From NCBI GenBank assembly GCA_033762915.1, contig JANRLD010000016.1, forward strand, positions 1 through 54,922: 54,922 nucleotides of DNA, written 5' to 3'. Source of the DNA: Meiothermus sp. GTDB taxonomy: Bacteria > Deinococcota > Deinococci > Deinococcales > Thermaceae. The notes beneath the pieces were generated by a model, which worked only from the letters and a program-made list of their open reading frames with translations, made no database searches and had not been told where the DNA came from. A program made the translations under genes and the position numbers. Numbering within the stretch: the stretch's first letter is position 1; every line of letters begins with the position of its first letter. This document shows positions 20,600 to 33,943 of this stretch, piece after piece.

Positions 20600-20905
20600 T
20601 CAGTTGAGGCGGGGGTCGCGGCCGGTGCTGGTGAAGCCCAGCACCTCCTCGAGCCGGTCGAAGTCCAGTGCCAGGCTCCTGGTGCTGCTCTCGAGCTGCT
20701 CCATGTACCCCACCACTCCCGCGTCGCCCGCCTCCACACCGCTCCTGAACTGCGACCAGAAGCCCTGCATCTGCTCGAGGGCCTGCTGCAACTCGGCCTC
20801 GGCAGCCAGGAACTGGGTGAAGGCCGTGTGGGTCTTCAGCCGCATCAGCCGCAATTCCTGCGTCTGGATCAGTACCAGTAGGTTTTGAATCCGCTCAGCC
20901 GTCAC
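20600..20905 (-). CDS. Hypothetical helical protein (101 aa), paralog of 20128-20439
   Basis: Shared RI..L..LI..Q..RL.R...H.AF..F...E..L..AL.....FW..F...Y..QLE.ST..L..D.D.L..VLGF. Confidence 0.78.
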   Translation of the reverse strand: MTAERIQNLLVLIQTQELRLMRLKTHTAFTQFLAAEAELQQALEQMQGFWSQFRSGVEAGDAGVVGYMEQLESSTRSLALDFDRLEEVLGFTSTGRDPRLN

Positions 20906-20965
20906 GCCCTATGGTAAATCGAAGGAATGGCGCGGCCTGTGGGATTCGACCCGCAACGTGACCTC

Positions 20966-21068
20966 ATCGCGTTTCCACCCATACTCCGCACCGGTGCTGC
21001 GCTAAAGCGGAGTAGTGTGCTCGGTACGGCAAAAACCGCCGTACCAAGTGTTCGTGGGAACCGCTCTA
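20966..21068 (+). repeat. Structured MITE-like repeat, copy D
   Basis: TACTCCGC/GCGGAGTA and GGTACGGC/GCCGTACC stems; ends TTCGTGGGAACCGCTCTA. Confidence 0.7.
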
Positions 21069-21228
21069 TGTGTCTGCATAGCTGGGATGCGAAACATCTC
21101 CCGGCAGCCCGTTAGGGAATTGCCCCTATTGGCCGCTCGCTGCCGGGGTCGCGTTGAGGGTTTGGCAAACGCACTATGGCGCAACTCAAATGGCGGTGAA
21201 GGTCAGCGCTGCCCGACGTCCTTCGAGA

Positions 21229-22230
21229 TCACCCTTCAATCCCCAGCGCCACCGGCTGGTGGCTCGCCGCCGACTCGTAAGCCGCCGCCACCACGCGCAG
21301 GGCCTGGTAGCCGTCGTTCCAGCCGACGCAGGGCGGACGTTTCTCTCGGATGGAGCCGATGAACTCCTCGAGCATGGCCTGGCCCGAGTCGGGGGCGAAA
21401 CCGGCCCAGCTGTAGGGCCGGGACGACCTGGAGTACAGGTGCACGTGCTGGGCGAAGGAGTCCAGCACCGACAGCCCCCGCTCGCCCACCACTTCCATCT
21501 TCAGGTGGCCCCACCTCGCGTACCACTTGGGGCGGCTCCAGCTGCAGTCTATGCTGGCCTGGACGCCGTTGGAGAGCTTTACCAGCAGCAGCCCGGCGGT
21601 GTCCACGTCCACCTGCTGGGGGTAAAAGAGGTTGTCCAACTCGGCGTACACCTCCACGACCTCGGCGTCGAACTGCCAGCGCAGCAGGTCGGCCAGGTGG
21701 ACGATGTGATCCATCGCGGCCCCGCCGCCGGCCAGCGCCTTGTCGGCGAACCAGGGGCGATGGTGGTCGGGCATCTCGGAGTGGTTGACGCCGTTGACGC
21801 CGTAGATTTTACCGAGCTGGCCGCCCTGTATGGTCTTGCGCAGGGCGATGGTCGAGGGCGCGAAGCGCATCGGGAAGGCGGTCATGAATGGCACGCCGTT
21901 GTTCTCGCAGGCCGAGCGTATGGCCCGGGCGGCCTCGAGGGTGGCCTCGATTGGCTTCTCGCACAGGATCGGCAGCCCGGCCTCGGCGGCCATCTGCACC
22001 AGCTCGAGGTGTCTGCTGTTTTCCGAGCAGACCAGCACCCCGTCCAGGCCCTCGGCCAGCAGGTCGCGGTGGCGGGGGAACCAGCGCAGGTCAAACTGCG
22101 CGGCAAACCTTCGGCCTTCCTCCCCGACCTCGTGGGAAAACCCGACCAGCTCGACCCCCGGAATGCCCCTCAGCCCAGCCTGAAACCCTTCGGCGTGAAG
22201 GTGTGCAAACGACAGAATTCCGATCCGCAT
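21229..22230 (-). CDS. Gfo/Idh/MocA family oxidoreductase
   Basis: ILCEKP, GGGAAMDHIVH. Confidence 0.9.
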   Translation of the reverse strand: MRIGILSFAHLHAEGFQAGLRGIPGVELVGFSHEVGEEGRRFAAQFDLRWFPRHRDLLAEGLDGVLVCSENSRHLELVQMAAEAGLPILCEKPIEATLEAARAIRSACENNGVPFMTAFPMRFAPSTIALRKTIQGGQLGKIYGVNGVNHSEMPDHHRPWFADKALAGGGAAMDHIVHLADLLRWQFDAEVVEVYAELDNLFYPQQVDVDTAGLLLVKLSNGVQASIDCSWSRPKWYARWGHLKMEVVGERGLSVLDSFAQHVHLYSRSSRPYSWAGFAPDSGQAMLEEFIGSIREKRPPCVGWNDGYQALRVVAAAYESAASHQPVALGIEG

Positions 22231-22243
22231 AGCGCTTCACACC

Positions 22244-23227
22244 TCACAACGAGACGGCCTTGCCGGTGGCGATGGACTGCTTGGCGGCCAGGGCGATGCG
22301 CAGGGCCTCGAGGCCGTCCTCGGCGGTCACCTCGAAGGGCTGGTTGCCCACGATGGCCCCGTAGGCGTGCTGGATCTCGAGGGCGTAGGGATCTTCGGAG
22401 AGCCCTGCTACCGGGATGTTGACCCCCGCGCCGTTGCCGTCCCTGGAGAGGGTGAAGGTCTGGAGCGGCCCTGCCGAGTCCGAACTCCACTCGATCAGCC
22501 CGTCGGTGCCGGATATGTCCAGTGAGGTGCGGAACATCCCCTTGGGGTAGGCCCAGCCGCCCTCGATCAGGGCCATCGGCCCGCTCTTGTGGCGCAGGAT
22601 GACCTGGGCGTACTGGCCGTGCCCCTCCTCGGCCCGGTTCAGCCGGGCAAAGACCCGCTCGACCCCGCCCGCCAGCCAGCGGGCGTAGTCGAAGTCGTGG
22701 ATCATCAGATCCACCACCATCCCGCCCGACCTTGCCTCGTCGGTGTACCAGTTGTCGCCGCCCTCGGCCCAGTTGGGCGGGGCCGACACCCGCTTCAGCC
22801 GCATCACCCCCAGGCTGCCGATCTGCCCCTTCTCGATGAGCTGGCGGCTGAGGCGGTACTGCGGGAAGAAGCGCAGCACCATGGCGATAAACAGCCGCAC
22901 CCCCGCCGCGTTGCAGGCCGCGATCATCTCCTCGCCGTCCTTGACGCTGAGGGCGATGGGCTTCTCGCAGAGGATGTGCTTGCCGGCCCTGGCCGCCGCC
23001 AGCACGGCGGCCTTGTGGGCGTAGGTGGGCACGCAGATGTCCACGATGTCCACCGCCTTGAGGAGGGCCTCGAGGCCGTCGAACCGCTTGACCCCCTGTT
23101 CCTCGGCCAGCCGCTCCGCCTGGGCGGCGTTCTGGGAGTAGACGCCTACCAGCTCTGCTGCGGTGGTGCGCCACCCTGCCGCGTGCACCTCCCCCATGAC
23201 CCCGCTGCCAACGAGCCCTACGCGCAT
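22244..23227 (-). CDS. Gfo/Idh/MocA family oxidoreductase
   Basis: GLVGSGVMG, ILCEKP, GG..VDLMIHDFD. Confidence 0.92.
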   Translation of the reverse strand: MRVGLVGSGVMGEVHAAGWRTTAAELVGVYSQNAAQAERLAEEQGVKRFDGLEALLKAVDIVDICVPTYAHKAAVLAAARAGKHILCEKPIALSVKDGEEMIAACNAAGVRLFIAMVLRFFPQYRLSRQLIEKGQIGSLGVMRLKRVSAPPNWAEGGDNWYTDEARSGGMVVDLMIHDFDYARWLAGGVERVFARLNRAEEGHGQYAQVILRHKSGPMALIEGGWAYPKGMFRTSLDISGTDGLIEWSSDSAGPLQTFTLSRDGNGAGVNIPVAGLSEDPYALEIQHAYGAIVGNQPFEVTAEDGLEALRIALAAKQSIATGKAVSL

Positions 23228-23414
23228 GGCGGCTCCTTGGGAGCGGGGCCTAAGGGGGTTACGGGGCAGGGGCCCAAAGCGGGCCTTACGGGCCCGCTGG
23301 TTTGCGGGCGGGCGGCGGAGTTGGACTTATCGCGAAACTTCTTCAAGCTGCGACCTCCCCTGAATAGTTGAAGCTCGAGCGCGGTTGATGGGGTCTGCCT
23401 CTTTACCCGATCCT

Positions 23415-24239
23415 TTATTTCACCGCTCCCGATGTTATACCCCGGATCAGCTGCTGCGAGAAGATAAAGTAGAGCACCACGGCGGGCACGATTGCCAGCG
23501 TGAGCGCGGCCAGCACCGCGTTGTAGTCGTTGACGAACTGCCCTAAAAAGACGCTGGCCCCCAGCACGATGGTCTTGGTGGACTCTCCGGGCGCCAGGAT
23601 GAGGGGGAACCAGAGGTCGTTCCAGATGGGGATCATCGATATGGCCAGCACCGAGCCGATGGCGGGACGGATCAGGGGCAGGGTGAGCCAGTAGATGCGG
23701 TACTCGCTGGCCCCGTCTATCCGGGCGGCGTCCTTGAGGTCTTTGGGCAGCTGCTTCATGAAGGCTGAGAGCACGAAGACCGCCAGCGGGATGCCCTGCG
23801 CGGTGTAGACCAGCATCAGAATCCAGAGGGTGTTGACTAGGTTCAGGTCCACTGCCAGCTGCAGAATCCCCACCGTCCCCAGCCGGATCGGCACCATGAT
23901 GCCGATGGACAGATACAGCGCGAACAGGGTGTTGGTCTTGAACTCGTACTCCGACAACGCGAAGGCCGCCATCGAACTGGCCAGCAAGATCAGGGCCAGC
24001 GACCCCAGGGTCACGATCAGGCTGTTGAGGAAAAAGGCCGGGAAGTTGGCGGTGGACTGCAAGGTCTGGAAGCCCACTAGTGTGAAGGTCTGGGCGTTGG
24101 GCAGCGCCAGCGGCTCCCCGAAGATGGCCTGGCTGTTCTTGAAAGCGTTGACCACCACCAAAATCACCGGGAACAGCGCCAGTGCTGAGTAGGCGATCAG
24201 TGCAGCGTGGATGGCCACGACTCGAGGCCATCCTTTCAT
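23415..24239 (-). CDS. Carbohydrate ABC transporter permease (MalG-like)
   Basis: EAA-like loop DAARIDGAS; AGGAG RBS before ATG 24239. Confidence 0.92.
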   Translation of the reverse strand: MKGWPRVVAIHAALIAYSALALFPVILVVVNAFKNSQAIFGEPLALPNAQTFTLVGFQTLQSTANFPAFFLNSLIVTLGSLALILLASSMAAFALSEYEFKTNTLFALYLSIGIMVPIRLGTVGILQLAVDLNLVNTLWILMLVYTAQGIPLAVFVLSAFMKQLPKDLKDAARIDGASEYRIYWLTLPLIRPAIGSVLAISMIPIWNDLWFPLILAPGESTKTIVLGASVFLGQFVNDYNAVLAALTLAIVPAVVLYFIFSQQLIRGITSGAVK

Positions 24240-24305
24240 GGCCGACTCCTGCGTGTGTCGGCGTGGTGACTGTGGGTGGTTTGCTGGTTGCTCATCGTTC
24301 ATCGC

Positions 24306-25259
24306 TCAAAACTGGATATTCTGGAGCCGCCGCTGCCAGGCGAACAGGTAGATCATCACGCCGGTCAGGATGATTAACAGCATCACCCCGGCCACCGCCG
24401 AGCCCATGAAGGGGTCGCCGGGCTGGAGCTGGTAGCCGAAAAAGGTGCGGAAGAAGAAGGTGCCCAGGATGTCGCTGGCGAAGTTCGGCCCGGCCAGCGC
24501 GCCTTGAGTGGCGTAGATCAGGTCGAAGGCGTTGAAGTTGCCCACGAAGGTTAAGACCGCCACGATGCCCACGGTGGGCAGGATCAGCGGCAACTGGATG
24601 CGCCAGAAAACCGTCCAACTGTTCGCGCCGTCCACCCTGGCGGCCTCGAGCAGCTCGTCGGGAATCCGGATCAGGGCGGCCAGGAAAAGCATCATCGGGA
24701 TGCCGATGTTCTGCCAGACCGACAAGAGCGAGAGCGTGAGCAGGGCGGTGCTCTCCAGGCCCAGCCAGGGCTGGAAAAACTGCCCGAGCCCCAGGCTGTC
24801 CATGAAATTGGGGGCAATTCCCCAGACCGGGCTGAGGATCAGCCGCCAGGCGAAGCCGATGATGACCACCGAAAGAATGGTCGGCGTGAAGATGATGGTA
24901 CGGTACAGCCACCCCCCGCGAATCCTCGAGGCCAGCAGCACCGCGAACAAGAGCCCGATGGGATTCTGCAAGACCATGTGCCAGAAGAAGAACTCCAGGT
25001 TGTTGGCCAGCGCGTTCCAGAACGGCCCCGACCAAAGCTCGTCGCTGAACAGGGTGAGGTAGTTCTGCAGCCCCACGAAGGTCTGCCCCCCGCCCTCGGC
25101 CTTGTTGTTCAGCGACAGCCATAGCGAGGCCAGGATCGGGTAGATCATAAACAGCGTATAGACCGCCACCGCCGGGGCCAAAAAGACCACGATGTGCCAG
25201 GGGAAGGGTTTGCGTTTCATCGGGGTGTCGGGGGTCGAGGCAAAGGGGCTGTGAGCCAT
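24306..25259 (-). CDS. Carbohydrate ABC transporter permease (MalF-like)
   Basis: [16 protein letters not shown]. Confidence 0.92.
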   Translation of the reverse strand: MAHSPFASTPDTPMKRKPFPWHIVVFLAPAVAVYTLFMIYPILASLWLSLNNKAEGGGQTFVGLQNYLTLFSDELWSGPFWNALANNLEFFFWHMVLQNPIGLLFAVLLASRIRGGWLYRTIIFTPTILSVVIIGFAWRLILSPVWGIAPNFMDSLGLGQFFQPWLGLESTALLTLSLLSVWQNIGIPMMLFLAALIRIPDELLEAARVDGANSWTVFWRIQLPLILPTVGIVAVLTFVGNFNAFDLIYATQGALAGPNFASDILGTFFFRTFFGYQLQPGDPFMGSAVAGVMLLIILTGVMIYLFAWQRRLQNIQF

Positions 25260-25342
25260 GAGCGATGGGCTACCAACAAAAGATCAAATCGGGATTCTGA
25301 AAAAGCATTGGGAAACGCCCCGCAAACCACTTCACAAAAACC

Positions 25343-25481
25343 TTGTCATTCTGAGCGGAGCGAAGAGTCTCCAAGGGGCGACCACACGTTCACTCAATAC
25401 GGCCACTGCCCACAAGGAATGCGCGGCTCTGACGCAGTGAGTGATTCTTCGTCGGCAAGCTGGGCCTCTTCAGAATGACAA
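25343..25481. repeat. REP-like inverted-repeat element of the TGTCATTCTGAGC type
   Basis: TTGTCATTCTGA...CGAAGAGTC paired with GATTCTTCG...TCAGAATGACAA. Confidence 0.75.
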
Positions 25482-25565
25482 CTTCTTCTATTCCTTTCCA
25501 TGCCACCAAACCAAGGAACCTCATCCTGATCTTTCGACCTTCGACCTTCATTACTCAACCCTAAA

Positions 25566-25974
25566 CTATTTGCTCAGCAAAGTGTCGAGCACTGGCTGGG
25601 CTATCTCGTTGCGGCGCTCGAGTGGCACGACCTCGTCCTCAGGCACCGATGTACTTCATGGAGCCGGGGCCGCGACGGTCGGTGGGCATTTCGGGCATCC
25701 GGGGCACGATGTGGAAGTGGACATACGGGTGCTCGGCGCTCTCGGCGAACTGCATCATGTAGGTCTTGGTCGCGCCGGTGACTTTCTGCACTGCCTGCGA
25801 AACTCTTCGGATCAGTTCGCCCAGAATCGCTGTGTCGGCCTCGGTCAGCTCGGCCAGGGTGGCGATTTTTTACTCGTGAACCAGGCCCAGCCAACCCTCG
25901 AGGCCGGCGTTGTACGAACGCACCACGCGCCAGTTGCCTTTTTTGTAAATCCGCTTGCAGAGCGGGGTGTCCAT
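25566..25974 (-). pseudogene. HIT-family hydrolase pseudogene
   Basis: GWLGLVHE*KIATLAELTE...KTYMMQFAESAEHPYVHFHIVPR; in-frame TAA at 25870-25872 and a likely frameshift near 25640. Confidence 0.75.
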
Positions 25975-26054
25975 GTGCTTTATCGAAACTCCCCCTCCCT
26001 CGCTTCCGAGAGAGGGGGGTTGGCGCGTAGCGCTAAGGGGTCAAAGGCATAAGG

Positions 26055-27329
26055 CTACTTGTTGTTTTTCTGTGGGCCGTACCACGAGGCCAGACGGCTC
26101 TGGACAAAGTTGGCGGCCTGGAGGGCGCTGAAGCTGCCGTTGAGGACCTGGGCCGAGGCGTTCCAGAGGTCATTCTCGTTGTTGGGATTGGCGTTGCGGC
26201 TCAGGATCTGGTAGGCGGTGCGGAAGCTGGCCCTGCACTGGCCGCGCCAATCCAGGAACTGCTGGGCGATGGGGTCGGAGACGGTGTACTTGACGTTGGC
26301 CAGCGGGAAGAAGCCGGGCAGCGCGTTGGCGTAGAGCTGGGCGAAGGCGTCGGTGGCGACCCAGTTGAGGAAGGTGCGGGCGGCTTCCTTGTTCTTGGAG
26401 GCGGCGTTAAGCCCGATGGCGATGTCGGGGTGGTCGTTGATGACGCACTGGCTGTTGCCCGCGAAGGTGTAGGGCCGGAAGGCCCCCAGCTCGAGGTTCT
26501 TGTTCATCTGCCGGAAGGTACCGATGTCCCACGAGCCCGCCGGGTAGATCGCCCCGCGCCCCTGGGCGAATAGGTTCTGTGCATCGGGGTAGGCCAGGGC
26601 CTGATAGCCCCTGGGCAGGAAGGGCTTCCAGCGCTCGAGGGCCTGGAAGGCCCGCAGGAAGCCGCCCCGGTTGTAGGCACCCGAGCCGTTGATCAGGGCC
26701 TTGCGCCCGGCCTCACCGCCCCACAGGGTGGGGCCGATGTTCTGCAGGCCCATGGTCGCGCTCTCCCACTGGTCCTTGGTGCCCATTACCAGCGGGCTGT
26801 ACTTGCCGTTCTGCTGAATCTTGCGGAGCGCGGCCAGGAACTCGGCCTCGGTCTTGGGCGGGGCGATGTTCAGCTCCTTAAAGATCGCCGCGTTGTAGAG
26901 GAAGCCGTGGATCACCGAGGCCATCGGGACGCAGAAGGTGGTCTTGCCGTCGTCGGTGCTCCAGGCAGCCTTAGCCACCTCGGAGAAATTGGCCATGCCC
27001 CTGAGGTCGTTAAGGGCGTCGAGATGCTTGGCCTGGAACAGCTCGAGGCTCTTGTCGAAGGGGCGGCAGGTAATCAGGTCGCCCGCAGTCCCGGCCTTGA
27101 GCTTGGTGTCCAACACCGCGTTGTACTCGGTGGGCGCGCTCGGGGCGAATACCACCTCGATGTTGGGGTTGGCCTTCATAAAGGCGGGCAGGATGGTCTC
27201 CTGCCAGATCTTGAGGTCGTCGTTGCGCCAGCTCTCGATGGTCAGCTTGACCTTGCTCTGGGCCATCGCGCCGCCCGCCAGACCCAGCGCGGCCACGCCC
27301 AGTAGAGCCATTCCCAGCAGTCTCTTCAT
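26055..27329 (-). CDS. Carbohydrate ABC transporter substrate-binding protein
   Basis: Signal peptide MKRLLG...AMA, SBP_bac_1-like body, GAGGAGG RBS. Confidence 0.92.
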   Translation of the reverse strand: MKRLLGMALLGVAALGLAGGAMAQSKVKLTIESWRNDDLKIWQETILPAFMKANPNIEVVFAPSAPTEYNAVLDTKLKAGTAGDLITCRPFDKSLELFQAKHLDALNDLRGMANFSEVAKAAWSTDDGKTTFCVPMASVIHGFLYNAAIFKELNIAPPKTEAEFLAALRKIQQNGKYSPLVMGTKDQWESATMGLQNIGPTLWGGEAGRKALINGSGAYNRGGFLRAFQALERWKPFLPRGYQALAYPDAQNLFAQGRGAIYPAGSWDIGTFRQMNKNLELGAFRPYTFAGNSQCVINDHPDIAIGLNAASKNKEAARTFLNWVATDAFAQLYANALPGFFPLANVKYTVSDPIAQQFLDWRGQCRASFRTAYQILSRNANPNNENDLWNASAQVLNGSFSALQAANFVQSRLASWYGPQKNNK

Positions 27330-27513
27330 GGATGCCTCCTCGGTGAAAAACAGCGCCAACTCGACCTCCGGTCGAACCCATGAACTCAAGTTGGTTGGCA
27401 CAGGTATCAAACTACACCCAGCACACAGTCGTCAAGGGGCACAAACGATTTCATGGGAACAATTACAGGAAAAGCGGGAAAGTTGGAGGCCTATGGCGGG
27501 CTTAGGCCGCTCC

Positions 27514-27605
27514 CAGTGGTTCCCACCCTTACGTCGAAGTGCCGAGCGCTGTAATGTACCCGGCACGCCAAACACTGCCGTACCCAAGATTCGCAGGAAC
27601 CTTTG
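27514..27605 (+). repeat. Structured MITE-like repeat, copy B (degenerate)
   Basis: CAGTGGTTCCCACCCTTACG...GTAATGTACC...GCCGTACC...ATTCGCAGGAACC. Confidence 0.68.
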
Positions 27606-27714
27606 GTAGGGAGCAGTCCAGGTCCAGGTATCCAGTGCTTCTCGAGCCCAGGCATTACCCGCGCCGTGGACGCGTGGGTAGCGGACTTTATTTGCCCAAC
27701 GGCAAATCATCACC

Positions 27715-27748
27715 AAAGAACGCCCCCTCTCGAAACCGAGAGGGGGCG
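27715..27748 (-). terminator. Intrinsic terminator of the caa3 operon
   Basis: CGCCCCCTCTCG/CGAGAGGGGGCG 12-bp stem followed by TTCTTT on the minus strand. Confidence 0.75.
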
Positions 27749-27761
27749 CGGGAGCGAGAGC

Positions 27762-31269
<3,508 letters not shown>

Positions 31270-31552
31270 TCTTGGCTTCCTCCCGTTTTCAGTCATTCTA
31301 ACTGGATTTTACTGGAAACAGAACGGACTTCCAGTAGCTTTGCTTCACAGTCGGCCATTTACGGCTTTTGTACCTTGCCCGTATCCGGGCACCCTGCTCT
31401 GGACAGGGGGTCTTCGGTGCCTACAGCATTGGCGGTCGTTGGCCGTCGTTGGTGCGAGGGGTGCCCAGAACGCGGCCGACTCGCCGGCTCCTGGGGTGGC
31501 GAGGGAAGGCCGTGGCCTGTTGCAGCTCCAACACCCGACCATCGTCACCCGG

Positions 31553-32446
31553 TCACATCCACATGGCCCGGTCCACCGCCATGCCCACAAAGAGCAGGGC
31601 CAGGTAGAGCATCGAGTACTTGTACAGCGCCACCGCCGTGAAACGCTCGGCGCGGCGATAGAGCTGCAGCGCGCGGATCACCAGCAGGCCGTTCAACAGC
31701 AGCGCAGCCACGAAGTAGAACCAGCGTACCTCACCCATCAGGACCGGGATCAGCGAGATCAGCACGGTCAGGATGGTGTAGAGCCAGATCTGCGTCACGG
31801 TCTCCTGGTCGCCGCGCACCACCGGCAGCATGGGGACCCCCACCGCCCTGTAGTCGTCCTTAATCATCAGGGCCAAGGCCCAGAAGTGGACGGGCGTCCA
31901 GAAGAAGATGATCAGGAACAGATACCAAGCGAACAGGCTCACATCGCCGGTCACAGCCGCCCAGCCCACCAGCGGCGGGAAGGCCCCGGCCGCCCCTCCG
32001 ATCACGATGTTGCTCCAGAAACGGCGCTTCATGTAGAGGGTGTAGATCAGGACGTACCAGCCCAGCCCGGCCATGGCCAGCAGGGCTGCCGGCAGGTTGG
32101 CCCCCCACCACAACAGCGCGAAAGAGCCCACCATGAGGGTGATGGCGAACCAAAGCGCGTCCCGGGTGGGGATTTTGGCGGTGACGGTGGGGCGGGAGGC
32201 GGTGCGCTTCATCCGGGCGTCGATGTCGCGGTCGATCACCATGTTGAAGGCGTTGGCCGATCCCGCCGCCAGGTAGCCCCCGACGAACACCACTGTTAAC
32301 AGCCCCACCCCCGGCCACCCGCCCGCCGCGATGAACATTGCCGCCAGGGTGGTGAACAGCAGCAGGCTGATGACTTTGGGCTTGGTCAGCACCACATAGT
32401 CGCGCCAGGTGGGGCGCTCGAGGGTTTCGGGGGGGGTCATGACCAT
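31553..32446 (-). CDS. ctaB: Protoheme IX farnesyltransferase (heme O synthase)
   Basis: [33 protein letters not shown]. Confidence 0.95.
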   Translation of the reverse strand: MVMTPPETLERPTWRDYVVLTKPKVISLLLFTTLAAMFIAAGGWPGVGLLTVVFVGGYLAAGSANAFNMVIDRDIDARMKRTASRPTVTAKIPTRDALWFAITLMVGSFALLWWGANLPAALLAMAGLGWYVLIYTLYMKRRFWSNIVIGGAAGAFPPLVGWAAVTGDVSLFAWYLFLIIFFWTPVHFWALALMIKDDYRAVGVPMLPVVRGDQETVTQIWLYTILTVLISLIPVLMGEVRWFYFVAALLLNGLLVIRALQLYRRAERFTAVALYKYSMLYLALLFVGMAVDRAMWM

Positions 32447-32527
32447 AGGGGGCGCACCTCGTTTAGCGGTTGGAAATCATACAGGGAACGGAGAACGGTG
32501 AACAGGGAACCTCAGGTCGCGAACGCC

Positions 32528-33526
32528 TCAGCCTCTCCGAGCGGTTCCTGTTCCCCTATGCCCTGCACCTTGCTCCCTGCTTTCCACAACCGCCGACCGG
32601 CCGATGGGGGAGGCCGAAAGGACAGAGACCGTCAAGAACAGCCAGGTTAGCCAGATGGCGTCGGACAGCAGGAGGTGGGGGAGCTGGGTGTAGAGGGCGG
32701 CCTCGAGCCTGACGTTAAGGAAGCCCACCAGCAGTTGCAGCACGAAGACCCCGATGACCAGGTTGGCCAGGGTGCGGCTGAGGCGGTCGGGGCGGACGGA
32801 GGCGATCCAGTTGGCCGCCAGCACCACGAATAGGCTCACCGCGACGGCCAGAAAGGGATGGTAGATGCGCAACTGCACCAAAAAGTTCTCGCCCGGCGTG
32901 AGCGCACGGCTGAAGGCCTCGGCGGCGTTGCGAACCGGGAAGATGGCGTCGCCCAGCGAGGTGATGGCCCCCGCTACCGCGACCACCAGAATCCCCGCGA
33001 AGCCCCCGCCCAGCACCCAGGCCAGCGCTCCCTGGCCGCGCCAGACCGGGCGGTGCCGTGGGTAGACCGACCACCAGGCAGTGAGGCCGATGGAGCCGAT
33101 CAGCAGGAAGGTGTTGACCAGGTGGATGGGCGCAATTACGGCGCGCGCAATGCTGGCGTCCTCGCCCACCAGCCGGAACAGCACCAGCCCGGCCCCCACC
33201 AGGCTCTCGGTGATCATGAAAAACATCGAGAGGCCCGCGCCCAGCCGGGTCAGGTGCCCCTTGGGGAAGACCCGCCGCGACCAGACCAGCATCCCCACCA
33301 CCAGCAGGAGCGAGAGCCCGCTGGTGACGCGGTGAAAGAACTCGATAAAGGTCTCGAGGCCATTGAAGGCGGGCAGGACGTCGCCCTTGCAGGTCGGCCA
33401 GTGCGCCCCGCAGCCGTCGCCCGAGCCGGTGGCCTGCACCACGTCGCCCCACAGGATCACCAGCAGCGTGAAGGCCAGCACGAACAGGCTGTAGTAGGTG
33501 AATCGGCGGTTCGCAAGGTTTGCCAT
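32528..33526 (-). CDS. ctaA: Heme A synthase (COX15/CtaA family)
   Basis: GSGDGCGAHWPTC, IEFFHR, conserved TM histidines. Confidence 0.9.
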   Translation of the reverse strand: MANLANRRFTYYSLFVLAFTLLVILWGDVVQATGSGDGCGAHWPTCKGDVLPAFNGLETFIEFFHRVTSGLSLLLVVGMLVWSRRVFPKGHLTRLGAGLSMFFMITESLVGAGLVLFRLVGEDASIARAVIAPIHLVNTFLLIGSIGLTAWWSVYPRHRPVWRGQGALAWVLGGGFAGILVVAVAGAITSLGDAIFPVRNAAEAFSRALTPGENFLVQLRIYHPFLAVAVSLFVVLAANWIASVRPDRLSRTLANLVIGVFVLQLLVGFLNVRLEAALYTQLPHLLLSDAIWLTWLFLTVSVLSASPIGRSAVVESREQGAGHRGTGTARRG

Positions 33527-33590
33527 ATAAAAATCGCCCCTCTCGCGGGGTGGATACCGCTATTTTGCCAGAGAAAATCCAAACACTCTT

Positions 33591-33606
33591 TAGGACAATT
33601 GTCCTA
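33591..33606. promoter_or_regulatory. Perfect 16-bp palindrome upstream of ctaA
   Basis: TAGGACAATTGTCCTA, about 65 bp upstream of the ctaA ATG. Confidence 0.6.
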
Positions 33607-33943
33607 TGTAGATCAGACTTCAATCTCGTTCCAAGAACTCTGGGTTTAAGTCTGCCGCCGCAATTGCCGGGTCGGTGCCGCCAGAATCAATCCGAAAACC
33701 CTGCAACCGCGCCCTCGAGGATGCGCCAACTACCAGCGCCTCCGGCGACTGCGGGCACAGCCCCGGCTCGGCCCAAGGTCGGGCGATCCGCTAAAGCCTA
33801 CGCCGAGTGCTCTCGGCGCACAGAACGGCGCTCGGCGGATACGGTCTCGAGCCATGCGGCGGCAGCACACTTTATACCAAACCCGGGCGTCACGGGGAGC
33901 AACCATGGGGCGAGCAGGCGCCCTGAAACTCCCCAGCCCCGTC

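Noticed and set aside
21070..21200. c-di-GMP-I riboswitch or other leader RNA
   Set aside because: Some stems (CCGGCAGC/GCTGCCGG) and a GGCAAAC are present, but the conserved tetraloop/receptor architecture is missing
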